Below are positions 1-9,456 of a DNA stretch of 32,000 nucleotides, piece after piece; within the stretch, counting starts at the first letter, position 1; each line of letters starts with the position of its first letter. Source of the stretch: Aliivibrio fischeri ES114 (GTDB taxonomy: Bacteria > Pseudomonadota > Gammaproteobacteria > Enterobacterales > Vibrionaceae); NCBI RefSeq assembly GCF_000011805.1, contig NC_006840.2. The stretch is one strand, 5' to 3'. The notes beneath the pieces were generated by a model. It was given only the letters and a program-made list of their open reading frames with translations. It made no database searches and was not told the origin of the DNA. Position numbers and translations under genes: made by a program.

Positions 1-1
1 T

Positions 2-64
2 AAGTCTGTCGGTAGATTAGATGATGAAACTATAACCTTGATTTCACAGGCACTGCAATCATGA
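2..64 (+). CDS. 3' end of an upstream gene running off the left window edge (product unknown; possibly the adaptor of the ABC system)
   Basis: Frame 2 is open from the window edge (..KSVGRLDDETITLISQALQS*). Its TGA at 62-64 overlaps the ATG at 61 as ATGA, a typical translational-coupling junction. Twenty residues are too few to assign a product. Confidence 0.3.
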   Translation, partial: KSVGRLDDETITLISQALQS

Positions 65-1278
65 TGGCGTTATTCTCTCAAACAATTCAAACTTTATTGG
101 CTCATCGTTTGAGAGGTTTTTTGGCTATCCTAGCTATTGTATGGGGAATTATTTCAGTTTTGGTTTTAGTTGCACTTGGTGAAGGCTTCTATCAAATAAA
201 TATGAAATCGTTTTCCTTATTAATGAATGATACTCAGGTAGTCTTTTTGGGGCAATCTACTACCAAAGAGTGGAAAGGAAGAGCAGCAAAAAGGCTAATA
301 GTACCTTCTGAAGCAGAAGTTCGTCAAATACGTAATCATCCTGCTATTGAGAATATATCAGTGATATACAGTAAACGGAATGCTAGCGTCACGGATAGTC
401 AAGGTCGTTCTTTGCCGAGGAATGTTACAGGTATAGATGATCAATTTATTGAATTGCGAAATGTGAAATTAAGCAAGGGTTCACGACAAGTTAACCATGG
501 TGATTTGGTTAATCATAAGCGTGTTGCCTTGGTTAGTTGGCAATTAGCAGATATAGGCTCTTTACATATAGGAAGCTCTTTAAATATTAATGGTATTCCT
601 TTTAAGGTTATTGGTATTACAAAGAAAAATGAAGATGGGATTTCACTTGGTGATGTTAGCCAAGCAATGATCCCAAGCACAGTATTTACTGATTTGTGGG
701 AGAGTGAACCAGATATGCTATTTATTTCCCCTGTAGAAGGTGTTTCTAGTTGGCTATTGAGAAAGAATATATTGTCATTTTTTGCGAATCAACAATACTT
801 TGATCCTAATGATAAAGATGCGATGTATATGCCTGACTTTGGACAGGAAGCGGCATTTTTTAAAAAATTATTAAGGGGCATTCAACTGTTCTTAGGAGCA
901 AATGGTGCTATGACTCTAGTTGTTGGCTCACTAGGTGTCGCAAATATAATGTTTTTATCAGTGACTGAACGAACGAGAGAAGTTGGGGTTCGACTTGCGA
1001 TAGGTGCGACACCAAATAATATCTTAGGCCAATTTTTAATAGAAGGAGGCATTCTCATTGCATGTGGAACCGCTATTGGAATTGTATTCTCCTATGGCAT
1101 AGTTATGTTATTAAATATGATTGGTATGCCTGAATGGTTAGGTGAACCAATGATCACGCTTGATGCTATTAAAATATCATTAGGGGTGACAGCTGTATTG
1201 GCATTATTAGCAGCGTATTTTCCTGCGCGTCGTGCATCGAATTTACTTCCAGTCATTGCCTTAAGTGCGAGGGCTTGA
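61..1278 (+). CDS. ABC transporter permease, FtsX/MacB (type VII) family, subunit 1
   Basis: N-terminal TM helix (LRGFLAILAIVWGIISVLVLVALGEG), a large extracytoplasmic domain of about 230 aa, and a C-terminal 3-TM FtsX bundle with TERTREVGVRLAIGATPNNILGQFLIEG. This architecture is typical of MacB/LolC/LolE-like permeases lacking a fused ATPase. Confidence 0.85.
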   Translation: MMALFSQTIQTLLAHRLRGFLAILAIVWGIISVLVLVALGEGFYQINMKSFSLLMNDTQVVFLGQSTTKEWKGRAAKRLIVPSEAEVRQIRNHPAIENISVIYSKRNASVTDSQGRSLPRNVTGIDDQFIELRNVKLSKGSRQVNHGDLVNHKRVALVSWQLADIGSLHIGSSLNINGIPFKVIGITKKNEDGISLGDVSQAMIPSTVFTDLWESEPDMLFISPVEGVSSWLLRKNILSFFANQQYFDPNDKDAMYMPDFGQEAAFFKKLLRGIQLFLGANGAMTLVVGSLGVANIMFLSVTERTREVGVRLAIGATPNNILGQFLIEGGILIACGTAIGIVFSYGIVMLLNMIGMPEWLGEPMITLDAIKISLGVTAVLALLAAYFPARRASNLLPVIALSARA

Positions 1279-1281
1279 TTA

Positions 1282-2565
1282 ATGCTATTGCCAATGAGAC
1301 TAATATTTCAAGAAATGGCTGCTGAGAAAGTACGCTTGAGTTTACTTCTCTTAGCTGTGGCATGGGCGACATTATGTATTGCAACTATGCTTGCAGTTGG
1401 TGAAGGCTTACGTCAGGGAGTGATCCGAAGTTCAGAGAGCGGTAATGGTAAATTAATCTACCTTACTGGAGGTTATGCCACTATAAATTCAAGTAACTTC
1501 TACATTGGTAAAGCATTGCAGCTGACATCGGAAGATCTAAAAGTAATAAAAGTCTTACCAAGTGTAAAGCATGCTCAACTAAGTGCTATTTGGGATGAAC
1601 AAGCAAATTATAAAGATCATAGAACTTGGCAAAAACCACTTGCCGTATATCCTGATTATCAAGCATTAACTGGCTTAAAAATAGTACCAGGAGGGCGATG
1701 GTTTAATCTTTTAGATATCAAAGAACAGCGTAAAGTGATTATATTAGGTGAAAGTGCCGCTATCTCTTTATTCAATGAATCGAATGACTTTGATTGGATG
1801 AATCCCCCTAAATTAAAGGTTGATCCGGTTGGTAAAAAAATAAAATTGGGTAGTGAAGAGTTTATTGTTATTGGTTTGATTAAGCGTAGTAGTGCAAATA
1901 TAGAACAAGGTATACCGCTTAATGAATCACTTTTTATACCGTTTACAACTTGGAAGCGCTTTCATCAAAATAGTGCTATATCTGCAATTAATATAGAGCT
2001 AATGGCTAATGCAGATCGCAAGCAAGTAGCTAAAACCGTTAAACAAGTGATTGCTAGAAAGTATGGAGCAAGCATTGAAGATGATAAATTGCTTCAAGTT
2101 GAAGATATGCTATTAAAACAGAAAACCATACGACAATTTTTAATTGGTTTACAAGGTTTCCTTGGCATTATTGGTTTAGTGACTGTGGGCGTTGCAGGGA
2201 TTGGAATTGCAAATGTAATGTACGCGACAGTTAAGCGTTCGACTAAAGATATAGGTGTCAGAATGGCAATTGGAGCAACCCCCATAACCATACGTCTGCA
2301 CTATTTAACGCAATCATTGTTTACGATGAGCGTTGGCGGGGGGATGGGGTTAGGTTTAACTTATTTTTTAATGCTATTAATACAAGCGCTCCCTTTAGCT
2401 GGAAATGATTTGTATGATGAGTTAGGACAGCCAACACCAGAACTCTCTTTACCTATTGTTGGTTTAATTATATTAGCATTAGGACTTGTTGGTATTTTAG
2501 CAGCTTGGTTCCCTGCGAATAGAGCTGCATTAATAACCCCATTAGAGGCATTACAGAGTGAATAA
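1282..2565 (+). CDS. ABC transporter permease, FtsX/MacB (type VII) family, subunit 2
   Basis: Same architecture as the preceding ORF (N-terminal TM, large periplasmic domain, VKRSTKDIGVRMAIGATPITIRLHYLTQS in the FtsX bundle) but strongly diverged from it. Starts 4 nt after the previous stop. Confidence 0.85.
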   Translation: MLLPMRLIFQEMAAEKVRLSLLLLAVAWATLCIATMLAVGEGLRQGVIRSSESGNGKLIYLTGGYATINSSNFYIGKALQLTSEDLKVIKVLPSVKHAQLSAIWDEQANYKDHRTWQKPLAVYPDYQALTGLKIVPGGRWFNLLDIKEQRKVIILGESAAISLFNESNDFDWMNPPKLKVDPVGKKIKLGSEEFIVIGLIKRSSANIEQGIPLNESLFIPFTTWKRFHQNSAISAINIELMANADRKQVAKTVKQVIARKYGASIEDDKLLQVEDMLLKQKTIRQFLIGLQGFLGIIGLVTVGVAGIGIANVMYATVKRSTKDIGVRMAIGATPITIRLHYLTQSLFTMSVGGGMGLGLTYFLMLLIQALPLAGNDLYDELGQPTPELSLPIVGLIILALGLVGILAAWFPANRAALITPLEALQSE

Positions 2566-3283
2566 CCATCATAAGCAAAGGGGGGGGACCTCCTTAATAA
2601 AAGATTTAGTCACACTTCGTGATATTAGCAAGCATTACAAAAATGGTACCGAAGAAGTTCGTGCTTTAGATGGTGTATCTCTTTCTATCAAAAAAGGTGA
2701 GTTTCTCTCTATTTTAGGCCCTTCTGGCTCAGGAAAATCCACCTTAATGAATATGCTAGGCTGTTTAGATACGCCGACTGTGGGTAAATATTATTTAGAT
2801 AGCAAAGACGTTTCGGTACTGAGTAGTCATCAATTAGCTAGTATACGAAATCAAAGTATTGGCTTTGTATTTCAAAGCTTTAATTTGTTGGAGTACGCAA
2901 GTGCACTTGATAATGTTGCCCTTCCTTTGGTGTATGGTGGCGTAAAAATAGCGGAAAGAAAACAGAAGGCGGCAGCATTATTAGAGAGAGTTGGATTAGG
3001 TGATAGGATGAATCATAAACCTAACCAGTTATCTGGTGGACAAAAACAGCGCGTAGCTATTGCAAGAGCTTTAGTTAATGATCCACAAATTATATTGGCA
3101 GATGAACCTACAGGGGCTTTAGATTCAAAATCAGGAGCTGACATAGAAGCACTCTTTAATGAATTACATCAGGAAGGACGAACTTTAATTATTGTAACTC
3201 ATGATAATGCGCTAGCTCAGAGAACGAAACGCATTATTAATATTAAAGATGGAAAAATAATCACAGATGAATACTTAGCCTAA
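2558..3283 (+). CDS. ABC transporter ATP-binding protein (MacB/LolD-like)
   Basis: Walker [10 protein letters not shown], signature [15 protein letters not shown], Walker [13 protein letters not shown]-loop VTHD. GTG at 2558 is the only start after the in-frame TAG at 2543. It overlaps the permease stop by 8 nt, with GAGG 9 nt upstream. Confidence 0.9.
   Translation: MNNHHKQRGGTSLIKDLVTLRDISKHYKNGTEEVRALDGVSLSIKKGEFLSILGPSGSGKSTLMNMLGCLDTPTVGKYYLDSKDVSVLSSHQLASIRNQSIGFVFQSFNLLEYASALDNVALPLVYGGVKIAERKQKAAALLERVGLGDRMNHKPNQLSGGQKQRVAIARALVNDPQIILADEPTGALDSKSGADIEALFNELHQEGRTLIIVTHDNALAQRTKRIINIKDGKIITDEYLA
2580..2587 (+). repeat. G8 homopolymer tract inside codons 8-10 of the ATPase gene
   Basis: Read directly: ...caaa GGGGGGGG acctcc... 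The surrounding region is AT-rich. Confidence 0.95.
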
Positions 3284-3308
3284 TACCTAAGGTATTAGAC
3301 ATTTTTTA
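3280..3308. terminator. Hairpin between the convergent ABC ATPase and EEP genes
   Basis: CTAATACC-taa-GGTATTAG (8-bp stem, 3-nt loop) followed by acaTTTTTT. It overlaps both stop codons. Confidence 0.45.
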
Positions 3309-4322
3309 TGCCTGACGTATACGAGCTGTAATGGAAACTAGAGCGTGATCGGTACTGAATTGGTCAATATCGAATGTCGGGTTTACAATGTGTTTATCTG
3401 TCACCGTGTAGTCAACCACTTCTAAAATATTGCCAGAAAATGAGCTATCAAATTCATTAGAAAGCAGTATGTAATCTAACACAGAGCCTTTTGCGCCGTA
3501 GTAATGCGTATAAGTTCGTTCTTCCAATAAATCTATCCCTTTTAATTTTCCATAAAGATTCCAACTGTCTTTTAGTTGAAATTGAGCTAAATAGTCAGAG
3601 CTAAACTTATCAAATCGTAGTTCATGAGACAGTAATCCTTTGAATTCATCGTGAAACAAGGGCTTATTAAAATCGCCCATGACGACGATAGCTTGGTTTG
3701 TTTTTTTGCGTTGCTGAATAATATGGTTATGTAGAATATTCGCTTCTAACCCTCGTTGAGCGGTAGAAAGCCAAGATCCTAATTGCTCATTATGGAGCTG
3801 ATTAAGGGAAGAGAGACTCTCTTCATCTATCTCATTATTAACTTCAGGCTCTTTTGGGCGTTGAGATTTAAAATGCACGACATAGCAATCTGTTATACCC
3901 AAGTGAGGCAGTTCGATACTGGCATGAACGGGAATACGATTAAATTCAAACTCAATGCCAAATCGTTCAAGTTGTGTTTGTTCAGCTATTACAGGTTGAG
4001 CGTTTAATATTGGATAGCGTGAAGCAAAGGCAACCACCGGGGAATTGAAGACATAGCCATCTTCAGATTTTGGTTCATCTACCGTACAAAAATACGCATA
4101 CCCTAACTCATCAACTAACGCTTTTAATGCGTTGGGACTGAATACCTCTTGAAAGCCAATCACATCAGAGTTTAATTCGGTAATTTTATCTTTAAACCAA
4201 CCTTGTTTTTTTTGCCATTCATCTTGGGTCAATATGTTTTCAAAATCATAGAATGCATTAGGCGGCTCAACAAAGTTGAACATATTGATGGTAGTAAAGG
4301 TGAGGCTTTCTGGTGATGACAA
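3306..4322 (-). CDS. Endonuclease/exonuclease/phosphatase (EEP) family protein
   Basis: EEP signature motifs in order: TINMFNF near the N-terminus, DVIGFQEVF (catalytic Glu), VVMGDFNKP, and C-terminal STDHALV (catalytic Asp-His). No signal peptide seen. Confidence 0.75.
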   Translation of the reverse strand: MSSPESLTFTTINMFNFVEPPNAFYDFENILTQDEWQKKQGWFKDKITELNSDVIGFQEVFSPNALKALVDELGYAYFCTVDEPKSEDGYVFNSPVVAFASRYPILNAQPVIAEQTQLERFGIEFEFNRIPVHASIELPHLGITDCYVVHFKSQRPKEPEVNNEIDEESLSSLNQLHNEQLGSWLSTAQRGLEANILHNHIIQQRKKTNQAIVVMGDFNKPLFHDEFKGLLSHELRFDKFSSDYLAQFQLKDSWNLYGKLKGIDLLEERTYTHYYGAKGSVLDYILLSNEFDSSFSGNILEVVDYTVTDKHIVNPTFDIDQFSTDHALVSITARIRQA

Positions 4323-4502
4323 AATACAAGGCTCTTTATTTTTATGATGAATATGAAGTGGATATACCTTCAGTGTAAAGGGGTTAGTCCACTCTTGCCA
4401 GTGAATAGTTTGATTTTAAAAGCTTATAAAAGTACATAGTTTGTCTTTCAAATGGTATAACTGAATCATAATATTCTTCATCTAGCGAACAAGTTGATAT
4501 AT

Positions 4503-5747
4503 ATGCGTATTTTACATACTTCTGATTGGCATTTAGGTCAAAATTTCTTCACAAAAAGTCGTCGTAATGAACATCAAAAATTCATTACCTGGTTACTTGA
4601 GCAAGTACAAGAAAATGCCATTAATGCTGTCATTATTGCAGGGGATGTGTTTGATACAGGGGCGCCACCAAGTTATGCCCGCGAAATGTATAACCAATTT
4701 GTGGTGGAGATGAACAAAGTAAATTGTGAGTTGATTGTGCTTGGTGGAAACCATGACTCAGTTTCAACATTAAATGAATCTAAACAATTATTGGCTCACT
4801 TGAACGCACGAGTGATTGCCAATACCAATGATGATTTATCCACTCAATTATTAACGCTTCCAGACAATGATGGGGGCGTGGGCGCTATTTTATGTGCGGT
4901 TCCATTTATTCGTCCGCGTGACGTTGTCACTAGCGTGGCGGGTTCAACGGGTGTAGAAAAGCAACAAGCACTCGGTGAAGCGATTAAACAGCATTATCAT
5001 CAGCTGTATCAGAAAGCACTAGAGCTACGAAAAGAATTAAATGTGGAAGCGCCTATTATTGCAACTGGTCATTTAACCGCACTAGGGGTAAAACAATCGG
5101 ATTCGGTTCGAGATATTTATATTGGTACGCTTGATGGTTTTGCTGCGGATGGCTTTCCGCCGGCGGATTACATAGCATTAGGCCATATACACCGACCTCA
5201 ACTTGTCGCTAAATCTGAACATATTCGCTATTCGGGTTCGCCAATCCCATTAAGTTTTGATGAATTAAAATCTCAAAAACAAGTGGTGATGGTTGAGTTT
5301 GATAAGCAAGATGTCACTCAAATTACGCCAATTAATGTGCCTATGTTTCAACAAATGAAGGCATTAAAAGGTGATTTGGAAAACATCGAAAAAGAATTAG
5401 TCCAATTTAAAGAGTGTGAAGAAACAACTTGGTTATGTATTGAAGTTGAAGTGCAAGATTACCTTTCCGATCTACAACAACGCATTCAGGCGCTAACGCA
5501 AGACCTTAATGTTGAGGTGTTGCAATTGCGTCGTGCAAGAAATCGCAGTGAACAAACCTTAGCACAAGAAAAAACAGAAACCTTAGCTGAGTTAACGCCT
5601 TTTGATGTGTTTACTAAACGTATAGAGCAAGAGACGTTTGAGACAGAAAAAGAGCAGCAACGAGCTGAAAGAATGACTGTGAAATTCAAACAAATTCTGT
5701 CAGAAGTAGAACATAAAGATACAGATCCACAAGAAGGTGATGCATGA
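4503..5747 (+). CDS. sbcD: Exonuclease SbcCD, nuclease subunit SbcD (Mre11-like)
   Basis: Calcineurin-like phosphoesterase motifs HTSDWHLG, AGDVFD, GGNHD, TGHLT, GHIHRPQ. I place the start at ATG 4503 (MRILHTSDWHLG) rather than the TTG at 4494 given in the ORF track. The stop overlaps the sbcC start (ATGA). Confidence 0.9.
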   Translation: MRILHTSDWHLGQNFFTKSRRNEHQKFITWLLEQVQENAINAVIIAGDVFDTGAPPSYAREMYNQFVVEMNKVNCELIVLGGNHDSVSTLNESKQLLAHLNARVIANTNDDLSTQLLTLPDNDGGVGAILCAVPFIRPRDVVTSVAGSTGVEKQQALGEAIKQHYHQLYQKALELRKELNVEAPIIATGHLTALGVKQSDSVRDIYIGTLDGFAADGFPPADYIALGHIHRPQLVAKSEHIRYSGSPIPLSFDELKSQKQVVMVEFDKQDVTQITPINVPMFQQMKALKGDLENIEKELVQFKECEETTWLCIEVEVQDYLSDLQQRIQALTQDLNVEVLQLRRARNRSEQTLAQEKTETLAELTPFDVFTKRIEQETFETEKEQQRAERMTVKFKQILSEVEHKDTDPQEGDA

Positions 5748-8700
5748 GAATTTTAAGCCTAAGTTTTTCAAATTTAAACTCATTAAAAGGTGAGTGGAAA
5801 ATTGATTTCTCAGCATCTCCTTTTGCAGAAAACGGGTTGTTTGCGATTACTGGTCCAACAGGAGCGGGTAAAACAACGATTTTAGATGCGATTTGTTTAG
5901 CGCTTTATCATAAAACGCCTCGCCTTGGTGGTATTTCAACCTCAAGTAATGAAATTATGACTCGTGGCACGGCGGAATGTTCTGCGGAAGTGGAATTTGA
6001 AGTGAAAGGCAAAGCGTACCGTGCGTTTTGGAGTCAGCGTCGTTCACGTGGCAAAGTGGATGGTAATCTACAAGCCGCGACTGTAGAGCTTGCAGAGGTG
6101 GATTCTGAAAAAGTATTAGCAACGCAAGTTAAAAAGAAAGATGAGCTAATTAATACCATTACAGGTTTAGATTTCTCTCGTTTTACAAAGTCCATGATGC
6201 TCTCTCAAGGTCAATTTGCCGCGTTTTTAAATGCGGATGCGAATGATCGTGCTGGGTTATTGGAAGAGTTAACCGGTACAGAGATTTACGGTCAGATCTC
6301 AGAAAAAGTGCATGAGCATTACACCGCATCAAAACAGAAATTGGCAGAACTTAAGGCAAAAGCTGAAGGGGTTGAGCTGCTTTCTGAAGAAGATAAACAA
6401 GCGTTAATTGATGAGCAAACCGAACTGCAAGCTAACCAAAAACAGCAACAAGCGCAGTTAGTTGAATGGCAGGCGCATGTTGAGTGGTGGAACGCAGAGG
6501 TTAAAAACCAGCAGCAACACCAACAAGCGATTGAGCATCATCAATTAGCCTTGGATAAAGAAAAACAAGCGAGCGAACCATTACATCGTTTAGCACAAAG
6601 TGAACCTGCTGAAAAATTGCGTGCGCCTTATCAGCTGTGGCAAGAAGCACAAGAGCGCTTTGATGAAGTGGTTAAAGAATTGAGTTTAACCGAGGTATCT
6701 CATCAACAAAAAACAAGTGATAAATTGACGCTTGAGTCTCATGTTACACAGTTAAAACAAGTGTTTGATGACATTAAGGTGGAAAGTAAAACACTAGAGG
6801 CGTTAATTAATGATTCAGTGCAGCCGCTTGATACAAAGATAAGTCAATTAACTCAGCAGTCACAGGAAAAACAACAGAACATTGCCCACCTAACGACACG
6901 TTACGAAGAGAGTTATAAAAAACAACAACACTTAACGGTGACGTTATCTGATGTGACGGAAACTTTGGCTCAGTTGACAAGCTATGTTGAGAAGCATCAA
7001 TCCGATGTGCAACTTGAGCGTTATTTAGGTCAGTGGAAGCGTCAAGTTAGTTATATTTCACAGCAAGATAAAGAAGTGAGTGCGTTAAATAGCAAAGTGA
7101 CATCAGCTAAGGCCACACTAGACGCTTTACTTGCGAATATGACGAAAAAAGAGACGGAACTACACCAAGCTCAAGTTGTTGTTAAAACTGAAGTGGATGC
7201 GTTAAAAGCTGCGGAACTTGTACTACAGCAATCACAAGAAAAAGGCACAGAAGCACAACTGGCAGAGCAAGTCGCAGCACTAACTAATCGTCATCAATAT
7301 CGTGTTGAATTGACTCATGTAAACAATGAGTATTTACGAGCAATAAAAGAGCTACAAACCTTAGAGATGATGCAGAAAACGCAATCTTCAGAGATTCAGA
7401 CGCTGGAAGCGCAGCGTGCTGAACTAGGTTCGCAGTTTAAGCAACTAGAGCAACAGGTAATTGATTTAACAACATTAATTGAGCAAGAAGGCGAGCTGGC
7501 AAAATATCGTGCTGAATTAATGAAAGATCAAGATTGTCCGCTGTGTGGTTCAACACATCATCCATTATTAGAACAGTCTCAATCTCTTGATCTTAATGCT
7601 ACAATGCAGCGCAAAAAAGAAGCTGAACAAAAGCGAGCAGAGATCGTTGAACAGGGCAAGTCGGTACGTGAGCAATTGGATTCACTTAAAGTAAAACAAG
7701 AACATTGCCAATCTCAGTGCGTGCAGTTTCAAAATATTGTTAAATCGACTCAGCAGCAGTGGTCTACCTTGTTAGAGGCGACTCAATTAACATTAAATTT
7801 GGGCGATACGGATACGATTAATCAGTCGATTACTGAATGCGAAGCATTGTTAACGGCACTTAATGAACAAGTTAAACAAGTACGCCAAGCGGATGAAAAA
7901 TACCGAGCGCATCAAAACCAATTACAACAAGCTCAACATCGCCTTGATACGGTCACTGCTGGATTAGAGTATGATCGTAAATCACATCAAGTAGCGGCAC
8001 AGTTACAGCTTGATGATTCGGTTAAATTAGAGCAACTGCAGCAGCATGATGCTGAGTTGAAACAGCAGTTGGTTGCTGAAATTGAGCAAACCGGATTTAA
8101 CGCCCCTAAATTGGCAGAAATAGAATCGTGGTTTACGCAAAAAGAGCAAGATTTACAGCGTATTCAGCAACAGATTTCGGAGCAACAAAGGTTTATTCAG
8201 CAACAACAAAAGCTGCAGAGTGAGCATGGTCATTTATCAGAGCAATTGAGTGAGTTAACTAACCAATTAAAAACAACTCAAGCGGAGAACGTATTACTAA
8301 CTTCAGATCTAGAACAACAAAAAGCAAAACGTGTTGAGCTGTTTGGTATGCAAGAAGTCAAAGTCGCACGTTCTGAAATGGTTAAGAAATTGGGCGATTC
8401 TGAACAACGCTATCAGGCCGGGCAACAAAAGCTGCAAATTCGAGTACAAGAACTTGCAGTTATAGAAGGTAAGTTGACGAGCTTAAAACAAAGTCATGCT
8501 AATAATGACAAGCTAACAGCAGAGCGAAGTGGTGTATGGAAAGAAGCATTATTGCATAGCCCATTTGAAACACTAGAGCTGTTTCAAGCAGCCTTGATTT
8601 CAGAAGAAGAACGCCAACAGTTACTTGATCTGAAAACAGAAATACAACAAGCGATTGAACGAACAAGTGCGTTGTTAGATAGCGCAAAACAAACGAAGGA

Positions 8701-9424
8701 ACAGCATTATCAGATGCCAAAAGCGACAGAGTGGCAATTGATGCCAAAAGACACCGTTGAGAGTGAATTGGCTCAAGTGAAGTCAATATCTGAAAGCTTG
8801 GTGAAACGTGAAGGTGAGATTGCTCAAGCCTTACGTTCGGATGATGAACGTAAAACCAACCAAAAGACCTTGTTTGAAGCAATAGAAGCGTATCAGTCTG
8901 AATACGATGATATTCAATACCTGCATTCATTAATTGGTTCGCAAAAAGGGGATAAATTCCGTAAATTTGCTCAAGGGTTAACGTTAGAGAACCTCGTTTA
9001 TTTAGCCAATAAGCAGCTAACGCGTTTGCATGGCCGCTATGAACTTAAACGTAAAGCCAGTGATGGATTAGAACTGCAAGTATTGGATACATGGCAGGGT
9101 GATGTGGTTCGTGACACCAAAACCTTATCGGGTGGTGAAAGTTTCTTAGTCAGTTTGGCGTTAGCGTTAGCGCTTTCTGATCTTGTTAGTCACAAAACGA
9201 GTATTGATTCGCTGTTCTTAGATGAAGGTTTTGGTACGCTAGATAGTGAAACGCTAGATATGGCGCTTGATGCGTTAGACAATCTCAATGCATCTGGGAA
9301 AATGATCGGTGTAATTAGCCATATTGAAGCGATGAAAGAACGTATTCCAGTTCAAATAAAAGTCACCAAACGTAGCGGATTAGGCGTGAGTGAGCTAGAA
9401 AAACAATATAAAAAAGTCAGTTAA
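5744..9424 (+). CDS. sbcC: Exonuclease SbcCD, ATPase subunit SbcC (Rad50-like)
   Basis: N-terminal Walker A GPTGAGKTT, a very long Q/E/K-rich coiled coil, central zinc-hook CPLCGS, and C-terminal signature LSGGESFLVSLALALALS plus Walker B LFLDEGFGTLD and ISHIE. Confidence 0.92.
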   Translation: MRILSLSFSNLNSLKGEWKIDFSASPFAENGLFAITGPTGAGKTTILDAICLALYHKTPRLGGISTSSNEIMTRGTAECSAEVEFEVKGKAYRAFWSQRRSRGKVDGNLQAATVELAEVDSEKVLATQVKKKDELINTITGLDFSRFTKSMMLSQGQFAAFLNADANDRAGLLEELTGTEIYGQISEKVHEHYTASKQKLAELKAKAEGVELLSEEDKQALIDEQTELQANQKQQQAQLVEWQAHVEWWNAEVKNQQQHQQAIEHHQLALDKEKQASEPLHRLAQSEPAEKLRAPYQLWQEAQERFDEVVKELSLTEVSHQQKTSDKLTLESHVTQLKQVFDDIKVESKTLEALINDSVQPLDTKISQLTQQSQEKQQNIAHLTTRYEESYKKQQHLTVTLSDVTETLAQLTSYVEKHQSDVQLERYLGQWKRQVSYISQQDKEVSALNSKVTSAKATLDALLANMTKKETELHQAQVVVKTEVDALKAAELVLQQSQEKGTEAQLAEQVAALTNRHQYRVELTHVNNEYLRAIKELQTLEMMQKTQSSEIQTLEAQRAELGSQFKQLEQQVIDLTTLIEQEGELAKYRAELMKDQDCPLCGSTHHPLLEQSQSLDLNATMQRKKEAEQKRAEIVEQGKSVREQLDSLKVKQEHCQSQCVQFQNIVKSTQQQWSTLLEATQLTLNLGDTDTINQSITECEALLTALNEQVKQVRQADEKYRAHQNQLQQAQHRLDTVTAGLEYDRKSHQVAAQLQLDDSVKLEQLQQHDAELKQQLVAEIEQTGFNAPKLAEIESWFTQKEQDLQRIQQQISEQQRFIQQQQKLQSEHGHLSEQLSELTNQLKTTQAENVLLTSDLEQQKAKRVELFGMQEVKVARSEMVKKLGDSEQRYQAGQQKLQIRVQELAVIEGKLTSLKQSHANNDKLTAERSGVWKEALLHSPFETLELFQAALISEEERQQLLDLKTEIQQAIERTSALLDSAKQTKEQHYQMPKATEWQLMPKDTVESELAQVKSISESLVKREGEIAQALRSDDERKTNQKTLFEAIEAYQSEYDDIQYLHSLIGSQKGDKFRKFAQGLTLENLVYLANKQLTRLHGRYELKRKASDGLELQVLDTWQGDVVRDTKTLSGGESFLVSLALALALSDLVSHKTSIDSLFLDEGFGTLDSETLDMALDALDNLNASGKMIGVISHIEAMKERIPVQIKVTKRSGLGVSELEKQYKKVS

Positions 9425-9456
9425 TTTTGCAAATAGAGCAGTAAAAGGAATTTATA

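Noticed and set aside
8499-8930. 143-aa antisense ORF inside sbcC, plus similar small antisense ORFs at 2094-2291, 3783-4007, 5486-5689, 9687-9878, 12669-12866, 13603-13815, 15164-15451, 15336-15521, 16642-16866, 16981-17313, 18735-18920, 20585-20788, 22783-22986, 24118-24381, 28138-28320 and 29472-29729
   Set aside because: Each is nested in, or antisense to, a confidently identified gene. Their sequences are not protein-like, and I see no independent translation signals.
4494-9424. SbcCD as a possible SMC/Rad50-type anti-phage defence module (Lamassu/Wadjet-like)
   Set aside because: The pair has the canonical Mre11-type phosphoesterase motifs, the Rad50 zinc hook (CPLCGS) and ATGA coupling typical of housekeeping sbcDC. 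There are no extra kleisin, TOPRIM or effector genes nearby.
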